Shown in pieces: positions 1 through 10,313 of a stretch of DNA of 64,000 nt. Source of the stretch: an uncultured Lachnospiraceae bacterium (lineage in GTDB: Bacteria > Bacillota > Clostridia > Lachnospirales > Lachnospiraceae); contig CAMOGH010000008.1 in assembly GCA_946614135.1 (NCBI GenBank), positions 447 to 64,446 of the forward strand. Direction: 5' to 3'. The first letter of the stretch is position 1; each line of letters starts with the position of its first letter. A program made the position numbers and the translations under genes. The notes below the pieces were generated by a model. It searched no databases, was not told the origin of the DNA, and saw only the letters and a list, made by a program, of their open reading frames with translations.

Positions 1-1230
1 TATGTTAATCCTTTACTTATTTTTTCATATTTATATGCACACTCAAACCATCCATCCACGAGCGATAGTTCCTCATCTATCGAATCATAAAACTCTTTTG
101 TTCTTGAACCATATTCTTTTAGCCCCTTACTAGTTGCCTTTAATAATCCATCAATAGCTTTTCCTTTTTCAATTTTAGAAAAAACCTCAAGATACGAATA
201 ACAATCCCCTGCCTTCTCTGCTACAGTATTTAATAATTCTACATTTTCATCAAATTTATCAACTTTTTTACTATTTGAATTTTTAACAGCTTTATAAAGA
301 TGTGGATAATCAGCAATTAAATAATCTTTTTTTTACATAGTTATTACCAAATTGAGGAGTATTATTGTCCTTGGATACTGATATTTTATGTTCTTCAATA
401 AATCTAACACTTTCAGATGAAAGAATCATAAATTCTCTCATAAACTTATTAAAAGCTTGATCTTCTCTAGAATATTTCATGGTCATCAAAGATGCCATTT
501 CTTCATTAAAATTTAATTTTCTTAATAAATTGTATAACTTTTTATCATCATCTGAGATTTTAAAAGGAAGTACCATCTTATTATTAATTTCATCACTTGG
601 AAAGAGATGCAGTTTTGCATAACCATTATCATGTCTAATATATTCTCCCTTGTCATCCACCTCAGCAATGATTGTCGCATATAATCCGCGATTTTGAATA
701 TCAAAATAATCATTAAATACAGCATTGGTTTCACTTGTTGAATACCCCAACAAGTTGCATACTTCCATTATTCTATTGATTTTTTTCTCTTGAAACACCG
801 TTTATTGATGTTATTTTTTCATTATCGATCAATTCCTCAAGCGACTCTAACCAACCAGCATTATTATCAGTATTAAAATATATTGCATAAATATCCCCAG
901 ATAATTTTACAAATAATTCCTCTCTAATTTTGGAGACAATCTCCTCGTTATTTATTCCGAATTTACTATTTACAAGTGATAATATTTCGGAATCGTCTAA
1001 GCACTTATATGCTTCAGATTCACTTAAACTATACAAACATTCTTCATTTAAACTAACTTCATATGCAATTTCAGTTGCTTTTATACCATTTTTTGTTCCT
1101 TCAGATATAATAATTCTTTTGTCTTTTATTTCCTCAATAATACTATTACTCAGTAATTTTGCTATTTCTCCAAGGAAAGTATTTTTATCATCAGATTTTT
1201 AATAATTTTTATTATTTCATTTTTATCCAT
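1..1230 (-). pseudogene. Hypothetical protein gene broken into four frame segments (about 1230-1162, 1198-773, 798-310, 332-1); it runs off the window start
   Basis: ATG at 1228-1230 is preceded by GGAGA. The segments join if one A is added at the A5 run (plus-strand T5, 1196-1200) and one A is removed at each of the A7 run (780-786) and the A8 run (327-334). The last segment has no start codon of its own and stays open to base 1. Confidence 0.45.
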
Positions 1231-1232
1231 CG

Positions 1233-1568
1233 TCATCTCCAAATTGATAATACTATTATAAACATACAAATATAAAATACTAATTCAACCCAAGTATCCT
1301 TATCAATATCGCTTATATGAGGTCTTCTAATATCTCGACATCTACAATGCTGCAATAAATAGCAACTAGACATAAGAACTGATCCCCATATCATTGTAAA
1401 AAAAGCAATACCTGAATGAAAAAAAGTCACTATAAAAGCAATTGTTGCAACCAAAGTTCCAATAATAAACATTATTTTTTTTAGTTTTTCTGTTATAATT
1501 TCACTACTATATATAAACACCAACGCTATACCGATAAATAATCTCAAATAAATATGATTCATTTCCAT
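1233..1568 (-). CDS. Small integral membrane protein, function unknown
   Basis: 111-aa ORF with three or four hydrophobic stretches. Its stop lies 2 nt before the ATG of the downstream broken gene. Confidence 0.5.
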   Translation of the reverse strand: MEMNHIYLRLFIGIALVFIYSSEIITEKLKKIMFIIGTLVATIAFIVTFFHSGIAFFTMIWGSVLMSSCYLLQHCRCRDIRRPHISDIDKDTWVELVFYICMFIIVLSIWR

Positions 1569-1683
1569 TATTTTCTTTTCACTTCACTAAACAAGCCTCC
1601 TTTCAAAATGCAGCCTATTTAGTATATATATATGCCTATTGTCAAGACTAATCCTCTTATTTTTCAAGGGATTTCAGCAAACT

Positions 1684-1739
1684 AAAAAACACCTCCTCAA
1701 AAGGACAATTCTTAGTCCGCTTGAGGAGGTTGTTTTTTT
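1684..1739. terminator. Bidirectional rho-independent terminator
   Basis: Perfect 10-bp stem acctcctcaa / ttgaggaggt, flanked by an A-run and a T-run, just after the stop of the 1745-3160 gene. Confidence 0.75.
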
Positions 1740-1744
1740 ATTCT

Positions 1745-3160
1745 TTACTCACGGCCATCCCAGCAATATGTGCAGAGCTTATCTCTATCTATTCCTGTTG
1801 CCTTGATCATATCATCGATACGGTTAAACTTAAGAGAAGTGAAATTGAGTCTTTCTCTTATCTTTTCAAGCATCTTCTCATATCTTTCTGAATCTGGATT
1901 TGCATAATCATCAAGGATTGTTCTATCCACATTCTCACCCTCTTCTTCAGCAATAACCTGACGAGCGATAAGTTCCATCTCAGAATTCTCACGAGAGAAG
2001 TTAAGATACTTACAGCTGTAAAGGATTGGTGGGCAAGCTGGTCTTATATGAACTTCCTTAGCACCTGCATCATAAAGATACTGAGTTGTCTCACGAAGCT
2101 GTGTTCCACGTACGATTGAGTCATCAATAAGAAGAAGCTTCTTACCATTTACTAACTCATGGATTGGGATAAGCTTCATATGAGCGATCAGATTTCTCTT
2201 ATCCTGATGTGTTGGCATAAATGAACGTGGCCAGGTTGGAGTATATTTAACAAATGGACGACCATAAGGAACGCCAGATTCATTTGAATATCCAATAGCA
2301 TGACCGATACCTGAATCAGGTACGCCTGCAACAACATCAATATCATCTTTAGTAAAGCCGTCACGCTTAGCCATTTCAACACCACAGCGGTTTCTTACAT
2401 TTTCAACTGTCTGGCCTTCATAACGTGAAGCTGGATAACCATAATAAACCCAGAGGAAAGTACATATCTTCATGTCTGTTCCTGGTTTAACTACTGTAAC
2501 AACCTTCTCCGGAGTCATAACGCAGATTTCTCCAGGTCCAAGTTCCTTATAATCTGAATAGCCAAGATTAAGATAAGCAAATGATTCAAGGCTGGCACAG
2601 AATCCTTCATCCTTCTTACCAACGATAACAGGAGTTCTTCCAAACTTATCTCTTGCAAGATAAATGGCATCTGGAGTAAGGATAACGATAGTCATAGAAC
2701 CATCGATTTTTTCCTGAGCATACTGGATTCCTTCAAGAATATTGTCCTTAGTATTAATAAGAGCTGCTGTAAGCTCAGTCTTATTGATATTTCCACCGCT
2801 CATTTCAAGGAAGTGAGAGCTTCCATTATCAAATAATTCATTTACTAATTCATCAGTATTATTAACTTTACCTACAGTAGTAAGAGCATATGTTCCATGA
2901 TGAGAACGAACAATAAGTGGCTGTGGATCATAATCTGAAATGCATCCGATTCCGAGACTTCCTTCCATCTCGTGTATATCTGATGAGAATTTACTTCTAA
3001 ATGGTGCATTCTCTATATTGTGAATAGCTCTGTTAAATCCATCTTTTCCATGTACAACAAGGCCTGCTCTTCTTGTACCAAGGTGTGAATGATAATCTGT
3101 TCCATAGAATAAATCAAACACGCAGTCCTCTTTTAACGCTGATGCAAAAAATCCACCCAT
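1745..3160 (-). CDS. Amidophosphoribosyltransferase-family protein (class II glutamine amidotransferase domain plus PRTase domain), PurF-like
   Basis: Start chosen at MGGFFASALKEDC, with AAGGAG upstream. A short propeptide is followed by Cys (CVFDLFYG), as in Bacillus-type PurF. PRPP-binding motif LLLIDDSIVRGTQL. The C-terminus contains CTYCWDG. Confidence 0.7.
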   Translation of the reverse strand: MGGFFASALKEDCVFDLFYGTDYHSHLGTRRAGLVVHGKDGFNRAIHNIENAPFRSKFSSDIHEMEGSLGIGCISDYDPQPLIVRSHHGTYALTTVGKVNNTDELVNELFDNGSSHFLEMSGGNINKTELTAALINTKDNILEGIQYAQEKIDGSMTIVILTPDAIYLARDKFGRTPVIVGKKDEGFCASLESFAYLNLGYSDYKELGPGEICVMTPEKVVTVVKPGTDMKICTFLWVYYGYPASRYEGQTVENVRNRCGVEMAKRDGFTKDDIDVVAGVPDSGIGHAIGYSNESGVPYGRPFVKYTPTWPRSFMPTHQDKRNLIAHMKLIPIHELVNGKKLLLIDDSIVRGTQLRETTQYLYDAGAKEVHIRPACPPILYSCKYLNFSRENSEMELIARQVIAEEEGENVDRTILDDYANPDSERYEKMLEKIRERLNFTSLKFNRIDDMIKATGIDRDKLCTYCWDGRE

Positions 3161-3311
3161 TGTTAGTCTCCTTTGTATATACAGTATTTTATTAACAAAG
3201 CTACTATACATCAAAACCAATACTTTTGTCTATTAAACTTTTAAATGTAAATTATTATAAAAATATTGTATTTTTTATGCTTTTTGTGGAAACTTTTACT
3301 TTCCCAAATGT

Positions 3312-4088
3312 TTATTCAACAGATTTAACCGCATTCTTCATGGCACTTACATATTCTTCAAGTTTTTTTGGTGCATTTTCTTTTTCTGAAGCTACAATCT
3401 TTACCATTGCAGAACCAACGATAACTCCATCTGCAATTTCAGCCATCTTTTTTGCCTGCTCCGGATTACTGATTCCAAATCCAATGGCACATGGAACATC
3501 TGTAACAGATCTTATGCTTTCTACCATAGACTTTAAGTCAGTATTTATCTCACTTCTTACTCCTGTTACTCCCATTGAAGAAACTACATAGATAAATCCC
3601 CTTGCACTTTCAGCGATCATCTTAATTCTGTCTTCACTGGTTGGTGCTACAAGAGGGATAAAATCTATCCCGTATTTTTCAGCCACTTCTGAAAATTCCT
3701 TTGATTCTTCATATGGAACATCAGGGATTATTATACCGTCAGCTCCTGCAGCCGCTGCATTATTAAAGAATCTGTCTAATCCATAATGAAATACAGGATT
3801 TGCATAAGTCATAAATACAAGAGGGATATCGCTCTCTTTTCTGATATCCTTAACTAAGTCAAATACCTTATCTGTAGTCATTCCGGAAGCTAGGGCTCTT
3901 ATATCTGCTTCCTGAATTACAGGTCCTTCAGCAATAGGATCTGAAAATGGAATTCCCACCTCTATAAGGCTTGCTCCTCCTCTTATTGCTGCTCTGAAGT
4001 TTTCGAGAGATTCTTCATATGATGGATCTCCAGCAGTAAGAAAGGCTATAAATGCTTTTTCTTTAAATGCGTCTTTTATTCTAGTCAT
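3312..4088 (-). CDS. trpA: Tryptophan synthase alpha chain
   Basis: [22 protein letters not shown]... is typical TrpA. The ATG overlaps the trpB stop by 8 nt (ATGACTAG). Confidence 0.9.
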   Translation of the reverse strand: MTRIKDAFKEKAFIAFLTAGDPSYEESLENFRAAIRGGASLIEVGIPFSDPIAEGPVIQEADIRALASGMTTDKVFDLVKDIRKESDIPLVFMTYANPVFHYGLDRFFNNAAAAGADGIIIPDVPYEESKEFSEVAEKYGIDFIPLVAPTSEDRIKMIAESARGFIYVVSSMGVTGVRSEINTDLKSMVESIRSVTDVPCAIGFGISNPEQAKKMAEIADGVIVGSAMVKIVASEKENAPKKLEEYVSAMKNAVKSVE

Positions 4089-5262
4089 AGATCTTTTCTC
4101 CTCTATATCTTGCAATTGCAGCAACGTCCTTATCACCTCTGCCTGAAACTGTAGCAACGATAATGCTGTCTTTAGGCATTGTTGGTGCAAGTTTCATAAC
4201 ATGAGCTATTGCATGTGAACTTTCTATTGCAGGGATAATTCCTTCTGTTCTTGAAAGATATTCAAATGCATTTACTGCTTCATCATCTGTTATTGCCACA
4301 TACTGAGCTCTTCCAATTGAATGAAGATAAGCATGTTCCGGTCCGATTCCCGGGTAATCAAGTCCGGCTGAAATAGAATAAACCGGAGCTATCTGACCAT
4401 ATTCATTCTGACAGAAAAGGGATTTCATACCATGGAAGATACCGATGGTACCATTTGCAAGGGTAGCTGCATTCATATCTGTATCAACTCCGCGACCTGC
4501 AGCTTCACAGCCAATAAGCTTTACTCCCTCATCTTTAATATATTCATAGAAAGAACCAATGGCATTAGAACCTCCGCCAACACAAGCTACTACTGCATCC
4601 GGAAGACGTCCCTCTGCTTCTAAGATCTGTGCTCTTGATTCCTTACTGATAACACTCTGAAAATCTCTTACTATTGTTGGGAATGGATGAGGTCCCATTA
4701 CAGAACCTAAAACATAAAGAGTATCATCTACTCTTGTTGTCCACTCACGCATACATTCATTAACAGCATCCTTAAGGACCTTAGTTCCACTTGTTACAGC
4801 ATGAACCTTTGCTCCAAGAAGTTTCATTCTATATACATTAAGAGCCTGTCTCTTTGTATCTTCTTCTCCCATGAAGATCTCACATTCCATCCCCATAAGA
4901 GCAGCTCCTGTAGCAGTTGCAACCCCATGCTGGCCGGCTCCTGTCTCAGCTATCACTCTGGTCTTTCCCATCTTCTTTGCAAGAAGGATCTGACCTAAAA
5001 CATTATTTATCTTATGAGAACCTGTATGATTAAGATCTTCTCTCTTAAGATAGATCTTTGCTCCTCCTAAATCCTTTGTCATCTTCTCTGCATAGTAAAG
5101 AAGAGAAGGACGTCCAGCATAATTTTTAAGAAGACTTTCTAATTCCTTATTAAACTCTGGATCGTTTTTATAAAATTCATATGCCTTTTCTAATTTGTGG
5201 ATCTCATTCATTAAGGTTTCTGGAATATACTGTCCACCAAATTCACCAAATCTACCAGCCAT
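4081..5262 (-). CDS. trpB: Tryptophan synthase beta chain
   Basis: 393 aa. Contains GGQYIPE, the [12 protein letters not shown]-lysine motif and GGGSNAIG. Confidence 0.95.
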   Translation of the reverse strand: MAGRFGEFGGQYIPETLMNEIHKLEKAYEFYKNDPEFNKELESLLKNYAGRPSLLYYAEKMTKDLGGAKIYLKREDLNHTGSHKINNVLGQILLAKKMGKTRVIAETGAGQHGVATATGAALMGMECEIFMGEEDTKRQALNVYRMKLLGAKVHAVTSGTKVLKDAVNECMREWTTRVDDTLYVLGSVMGPHPFPTIVRDFQSVISKESRAQILEAEGRLPDAVVACVGGGSNAIGSFYEYIKDEGVKLIGCEAAGRGVDTDMNAATLANGTIGIFHGMKSLFCQNEYGQIAPVYSISAGLDYPGIGPEHAYLHSIGRAQYVAITDDEAVNAFEYLSRTEGIIPAIESSHAIAHVMKLAPTMPKDSIIVATVSGRGDKDVAAIARYRGEKIYD

Positions 5263-5272
5263 TTTTATCTCC

Positions 5273-6052
5273 TTATATCTTATGTAAACTTTCTATCAAT
5301 TCTTTTTTATTTTCACTTCTCATAAACATCTCGCCTATAAGAACCGCATCAGTACCATTTTCCTTTAAGATCTTAAGATCTTCAGGAGTCTTTATCCCAC
5401 TTTCAGATACATAGATAACATCTTCCGGGATCAGTTCTCTTAATCTGATACTGTTATTTATATCAACTGTAAAATCCTTTAGATTTCTATTATTTACGCC
5501 CACTATCCTTGCTCCCAGAGCTAAGCATCGCTTTACTTCTTCCTCTTCATGAGCTTCAAATAAAGCTGAAAGCCCTAGAGAATCTGCAACCTCATAATAT
5601 TCCTTTAATTCCTCGTCACTAAGGATTGCCGCAATAAGAAGTATCGCTGATGCCCCAAGTGTTTTTGCTTCATAGATCATATAAGGATCTACTGTAAAAT
5701 CTTTTCTTAAAACAGGGATCTTTACTTCCTTTGCTATCTCCTCTAAATACTTATCGCTGCCCTTAAAATATTCTGGCTCTGTAAGGCAGGAAATTGCATC
5801 TAATCCTGATGCCTCATATTCTTTAGCAATCTCTAGATAAGGAAAGTCAGCTGCGATGATCCCTTTTGAAGGAGAAGCTTTTTTTACTTCAGCTATTATA
5901 GAAAGTCCTTCTTTTTTTAGAGCCTTTTCAAAAGGAAAATCTTTTGTATTTTCCATCATAAGAGCTTTTTCTTTAATCTCTTCTAAAGAAATCTTTTCCT
6001 TTTTCTTTGCAACTCTCTTTCTAGTTGATTCTGCAAGTTCATCAAGTATCAC
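5273..6052 (-). CDS. trpC: Indole-3-glycerol-phosphate synthase (single domain, no fused TrpF)
   Basis: 259 aa. Contains [12 protein letters not shown] and NNRNLKDF motifs. Only 10 nt separate it from trpB. Confidence 0.9.
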   Translation of the reverse strand: MILDELAESTRKRVAKKKEKISLEEIKEKALMMENTKDFPFEKALKKEGLSIIAEVKKASPSKGIIAADFPYLEIAKEYEASGLDAISCLTEPEYFKGSDKYLEEIAKEVKIPVLRKDFTVDPYMIYEAKTLGASAILLIAAILSDEELKEYYEVADSLGLSALFEAHEEEEVKRCLALGARIVGVNNRNLKDFTVDINNSIRLRELIPEDVIYVSESGIKTPEDLKILKENGTDAVLIGEMFMRSENKKELIESLHKI

Positions 6053-6069
6053 GAGTAACCTCCTAATTC

Positions 6070-7116
6070 TTATGCCTGAGCTTCAAGATTAGACATCTTT
6101 ACATATCTATCGATCACATTAAGTGCCTTGCCTGAATTCATTACTTCTTCAGCTTCCTTAAATCCTTCTTTAAGAGATACTCCTTTAACTAAGTGAAGGG
6201 CTGCAGCTGCATTTAAAAGAACTACATTCTTCATGGCAAGATTTGCCTTTGAGCCTTCCATCCCAGCCTTACCAGAAAGGATTTCTTTAGTAAGTAAAGC
6301 GTTTTCTTTAGGCTCTCCACCCTTAATATCATCTCTTGTATATTTTTCTGTGATTCCAAAATCTGCTGGATTGATTTCGTATCTTTCGATAGAGCCATCT
6401 TCCTTTAATTCAGCTACAGAAGTCTTTGCACTTACTGAAATCTCATCTAACTCATCCTGTCCAAAGACTACCATGGCACGCTTTACTCCCATTTTTTTAA
6501 GTGTCTCTGCAATCTCATCCACTAATTCTTCCTTATAAACTCCAAGAAGGAAATAGTCCGGTCTTGCAGGATTTGTTAGAGGTCCAAGAAGATTAAATAT
6601 TGTCGGAATTCCGATAGTCTTTCTAACAGGTCCAACATATTTCATAGCTGAATGATATTTCTGAGCAAACATAAATGCAAAGCCGTTTTCTTCTATCATC
6701 TTCTGATTAAGTTCAGGGCTTACCATAAGATTTCCACCTAAAGCTTCAAGAGCATCCGCTGTTCCGCATTTTGATGTAGCAGCTCTGTTGCCATGCTTAG
6801 CTATATTTACACCCGCTGCAGCTAAAAGAAAAGCTGTTGTGGTTGAAACATTCATTGACTGAGCCTTATCTCCACCTGTTCCTACAATTTCAAGCACCTT
6901 TGATTCATGTTCTACAGGAAGAGCTTTTTCTCTCATTGCTGTTGCAGCGCCTGATATTTCATCAGGTGTTTCTCCCTTAATATGGAGGGCTGTTAAAAAT
7001 GCCGCTGTCTGGGCCTGATCTGTCTCTCCGCCCATGATCTCACTTACTACCTCATAAGCTTCGTCAAATGTAAGATCTTTACCTTCTGATACTTTAACTA
7101 TTGCTTCTTTAATCAT
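6070..7116 (-). CDS. trpD: Anthranilate phosphoribosyltransferase
   Basis: 348 aa. Contains GTGGD, HGNRA and NLLGPLTNP motifs. Confidence 0.9.
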   Translation of the reverse strand: MIKEAIVKVSEGKDLTFDEAYEVVSEIMGGETDQAQTAAFLTALHIKGETPDEISGAATAMREKALPVEHESKVLEIVGTGGDKAQSMNVSTTTAFLLAAAGVNIAKHGNRAATSKCGTADALEALGGNLMVSPELNQKMIEENGFAFMFAQKYHSAMKYVGPVRKTIGIPTIFNLLGPLTNPARPDYFLLGVYKEELVDEIAETLKKMGVKRAMVVFGQDELDEISVSAKTSVAELKEDGSIERYEINPADFGITEKYTRDDIKGGEPKENALLTKEILSGKAGMEGSKANLAMKNVVLLNAAAALHLVKGVSLKEGFKEAEEVMNSGKALNVIDRYVKMSNLEAQA

Positions 7117-7119
7117 TTT

Positions 7120-7692
7120 TTAGTCCTCCTTTAAGAAATTCTCTAACATTTTCTTGCCATCCGGCGTAAGTATTGATTCAGGATGGAACTGCAATCCGTA
7201 GACTTTATTTTTACTATCTTCTACTGCCATTACTTCACCGTCATCTATACTTATGGCTGTGATCTTTAAATCTTTTGGTATTGTCTCTTTCTTTGCAGAT
7301 AAGGAATGGTATCTTGCCACTTCCGTCTCTTCATTTATCCCTTTAAAGATATTGGAAGTAATGTCTATCCTGCAAAGAGATTTTTTTCCATGCATAAGAC
7401 GAGATGCATAACCTACTGTAGCTCCATATACTTCACAGATTGCCTGATGTCCAAGACAAACACCAAGGATTGGGATCTCTCCTTTAAATTCTCTTATCAC
7501 ATCCTCAATTATTCCCGCTTCACCTGGTCTACCGGGTCCCGGTGAAAGTATTATCCTTTCAGGCTTTAACTCTCTTATCTCGTCTAAAGTCATTTCATCA
7601 TTTCTTATAACTTTTATATCATTATTGATGCTTCCCACAAGCTGATAAAGGTTATAGGAAAAACTATCATAATTATCTATCAGTAAAATCAT
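7120..7692 (-). CDS. trpG: Anthranilate synthase component II (glutamine amidotransferase, TrpG/PabA type)
   Basis: 190 aa. Contains the GVCLGHQ triad motif and HPES. Located between trpE and trpD. Confidence 0.85.
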   Translation of the reverse strand: MILLIDNYDSFSYNLYQLVGSINNDIKVIRNDEMTLDEIRELKPERIILSPGPGRPGEAGIIEDVIREFKGEIPILGVCLGHQAICEVYGATVGYASRLMHGKKSLCRIDITSNIFKGINEETEVARYHSLSAKKETIPKDLKITAISIDDGEVMAVEDSKNKVYGLQFHPESILTPDGKKMLENFLKED

Positions 7693-7700
7693 ACGTCCTC

Positions 7701-9194
7701 CTACCTTTCATTTGCTTCTTTGATAGCATCAATCACGGCACCGGCCTTGTTTATACATTCCTGATATTCATTTGCGGGAAAGGAATCTGCCACAATTCCG
7801 GCACCGGATCTAACAGTTACTTTGCCATTTTTCTTAAATGCAAGTCTAATGGCTATACAGGTATCCATATTACCTGTGAAATCTATATATCCAATGGCTC
7901 CGCCATAGATTCCCCTCCTGTCTCCTTCTAATTCATCGATAATCTGACAGGCTCTTATCTTAGGAGCTCCTGAAAGTGTACCTGCAGGAAGAATTGATGC
8001 AATTGCATCTGTCGCATCATACTTTGTATCATCAATTTCTCCCTTTACTGTAGAACCTATATGCATTACATGAGAATACTTTTCAACTGACATATAGTCC
8101 ACAACCTCAACTGTTCCAAACTTTGCAACTCGTCCAAGATCATTTCTACCAAGATCTACCAGCATATTATGCTCTGCCAGTTCTTTTTCATCCTGTAATA
8201 ACTCTTCCTCTATCTCTTTATCTTCAGCAGGTGTCCTGCCTCTCTTTCTTGTTCCAGCAAGAGGAAATGTATAAAGGTCTCCATTATCTAATTTAGTAAG
8301 TGTTTCCGGAGATGCACCTGCTATTTCTTCTCCGTTAATGTCGAAATAGAACATATATGGCGATGGATTGCTGGATCTAAGAATCCTGTATGTATCAAAC
8401 AAGCTTCCGGCAAATTGAGCTTGCTGCTTGTTAGAAAGCACAACCTGAAAGATATCCCCCTCGAAGATGTACTTCTTTCCTTTTTCAACCATCTCTTCAT
8501 ATTCTTCTTTGCTAAAAGCTGTTTTAAAATCACTTAAAAGCCTCCCCTTTGGAACATTTTCCTTCTCTCCTGATATTATCAGTTCTTCCATATGATCAAG
8601 CTGGGCAAGTGCCGCTACATAATTTTCGATCAGGTTATCAGTCTTTATATTTACTATCAGCACCAGCTTTTGCATGATATTATCAAATGCTATTACCTTA
8701 TCAAACAGCATAAGATTCATATCTGAAAAATCATCTTCTTTTGCTTCTTTTAGTTTTAGTACCGGTTCAGCATATTTTATAAAATCGTAAGAAAAATATC
8801 CTATAAGGCCTCCGGTAAAAGAAGGAAGTCCAGGGATCCTTGGAGAAGAATTCGCGTCAATTATCTCCTTAATTATGTCTCCTGGTTTTTCAACTTCTTT
8901 TCCTTTTCCTACTTCATATACTTCTTTTTCTTCAGTAAGAAGATCTGTTTTGGTTAGAATTCCATTCTTTAATTCAAGATCAAGGATCGGATCATACCCT
9001 AAAAATGTATATCTTACCCAGTAAGACTGGCTCACTACACTTTCTAAAATATAAGTTCTCTTGCTGACTTTCTTAAGTCTCTTTAATACTTCAATGGGTG
9101 TTACCATGTCTGACAGGATTTCTTTTGCAACAGGAACTATTTTCTTATCTTTCCCATATTGCTTTAAATCCTGTAAACTAGTTAAGATACTCAT
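7701..9194 (-). CDS. trpE: Anthranilate synthase component I
   Basis: 497 aa chorismate-binding enzyme with LAGTRKRG and GGAIGY motifs. AGGAGG lies upstream of the ATG. Confidence 0.9.
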   Translation of the reverse strand: MSILTSLQDLKQYGKDKKIVPVAKEILSDMVTPIEVLKRLKKVSKRTYILESVVSQSYWVRYTFLGYDPILDLELKNGILTKTDLLTEEKEVYEVGKGKEVEKPGDIIKEIIDANSSPRIPGLPSFTGGLIGYFSYDFIKYAEPVLKLKEAKEDDFSDMNLMLFDKVIAFDNIMQKLVLIVNIKTDNLIENYVAALAQLDHMEELIISGEKENVPKGRLLSDFKTAFSKEEYEEMVEKGKKYIFEGDIFQVVLSNKQQAQFAGSLFDTYRILRSSNPSPYMFYFDINGEEIAGASPETLTKLDNGDLYTFPLAGTRKRGRTPAEDKEIEEELLQDEKELAEHNMLVDLGRNDLGRVAKFGTVEVVDYMSVEKYSHVMHIGSTVKGEIDDTKYDATDAIASILPAGTLSGAPKIRACQIIDELEGDRRGIYGGAIGYIDFTGNMDTCIAIRLAFKKNGKVTVRSGAGIVADSFPANEYQECINKAGAVIDAIKEANER

Positions 9195-9237
9195 CTTCTT
9201 ACCTCCTTTGATATGTTTACTTTTGCCTTTCAGGCAA

Positions 9238-9545
9238 TAAAAAAATCCCCAGGTCGATATATTAATATCAACCTGAGGACGAATAATCTTAATTAATAAA
9301 ATATCCGCGGTGCCACTCTCATTTTAAAAGGCTTTCGCATTTTACACTTAGCTGGGTACCAACATACCCACGGCAGTTAACGCCTGCACTTAACGTAGTG
9401 GAATACTAAGAATAACTTTTCACCACTCCCTCAGCGGTCCATTTAATGAATTGTTACTGCAAGGTTCTCAGCATCCCTTACTCTCTGTGAGCACATCTTT
9501 CATTTTTATCTCCGCATCAACGGTTTACTGATATTTTTTTGTTGG
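9238..9545 (-). promoter_or_regulatory. T-box leader (tRNA-Trp responsive) with an intrinsic terminator, upstream of trpE
   Basis: On the minus strand there is a T-box sequence AATGAGAGTGGCACCGCGG (plus-strand 9303-9322). This is followed by a hairpin cctcaggttgat...atcgacctgggg plus U7 (9238-9281). Stem I elements AGAGAG and GCTGAGAA are present. A candidate specifier reads AAA-UGG-A in ATTAAATGGACC. Confidence 0.8.
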
Positions 9546-9549
9546 ATTA

Positions 9550-9578
9550 ACTATAACGCTTTATCTTTTTCGTGTCAA
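9550..9578 (-). promoter_or_regulatory. Sigma-A type promoter for the trp T-box leader
   Basis: Minus strand reads TTGACA, 17 nt, TATAGT, immediately upstream of the leader. Confidence 0.6.
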
Positions 9579-9621
9579 CACTTTTTTACTTTAATTCGCT
9601 AAAGTTTATTTTATGATCAGA

Positions 9622-10287
9622 TCAACCAATGCCATTACTCATATGGATCACATCCTTGGCATCCGGCATATTTTCCAATTTAGCCTGCTGTGCTTCTCTC
9701 CACATCTTTCTCATATGTTCAACATAGCCTGGATCGTATTTTCCAATACATGCATAAGGGCATGCACTTCCTAAGATTTCCAGCTGTTTATCAAGCACAT
9801 GGCCCTTTATAAGATCTTTTATATTAAACCTGTCTGGGTCTATAGTTAATTGATCATCCGTTCTTACAGTTTTTACCTCTAATATGTAAAAACAATTACC
9901 TCTTACTCTGAATTTGGTATAAAACATATTAAGGACTTCATCTCTTTTGAAAATATGATCTGGCGCCAGTTTAAATGATACATATTCTTTTGAAATGATC
10001 ACATATTCATTTTCAAATTCAATATTTTCATAATGTTGTTTTTCTTTAAATAATATTTTAGGATCTTTTTTTAAAAGTTGTTTTTTCCATCCAAAAATTA
10101 ACCATATTCCCAAAACGAAAGATCCTAACCCAGTAAAAAGGCAAATAAGAAGATCTTTAAATGATAATTTATCAGAACCTCCATTAACAACTACGGCGAT
10201 AAAAAATATGATAAGAAATGAGCCAATATATATAAAAATACGCCCATTCCTTCTTTTCTCTTTTCCTATTTTTTTTCCCATTTTCAT
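9622..10287 (-). CDS. Membrane protein of unknown function (paralog of the next gene)
   Basis: 221 aa with two N-terminal TM helices. The C-terminal motif CPYACIGKYDPGYVEHMRKMWREAQ is shared with the neighbour. Confidence 0.55.
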   Translation of the reverse strand: MKMGKKIGKEKRRNGRIFIYIGSFLIIFFIAVVVNGGSDKLSFKDLLICLFTGLGSFVLGIWLIFGWKKQLLKKDPKILFKEKQHYENIEFENEYVIISKEYVSFKLAPDHIFKRDEVLNMFYTKFRVRGNCFYILEVKTVRTDDQLTIDPDRFNIKDLIKGHVLDKQLEILGSACPYACIGKYDPGYVEHMRKMWREAQQAKLENMPDAKDVIHMSNGIG

Positions 10288-10313
10288 ATTTTACTTATCC
10301 CTTTATTAATTAT

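Noticed and set aside
3125-3160. The PurF-like protein seemed to lack the N-terminal catalytic Cys (it starts MGG rather than MCG)
   Set aside because: A Cys follows a 12-residue N-terminal segment (MGGFFASALKED-CVFDLFYG), which resembles the cleaved propeptide of Bacillus-type PurF. Loss of the nucleophile is therefore not supported.
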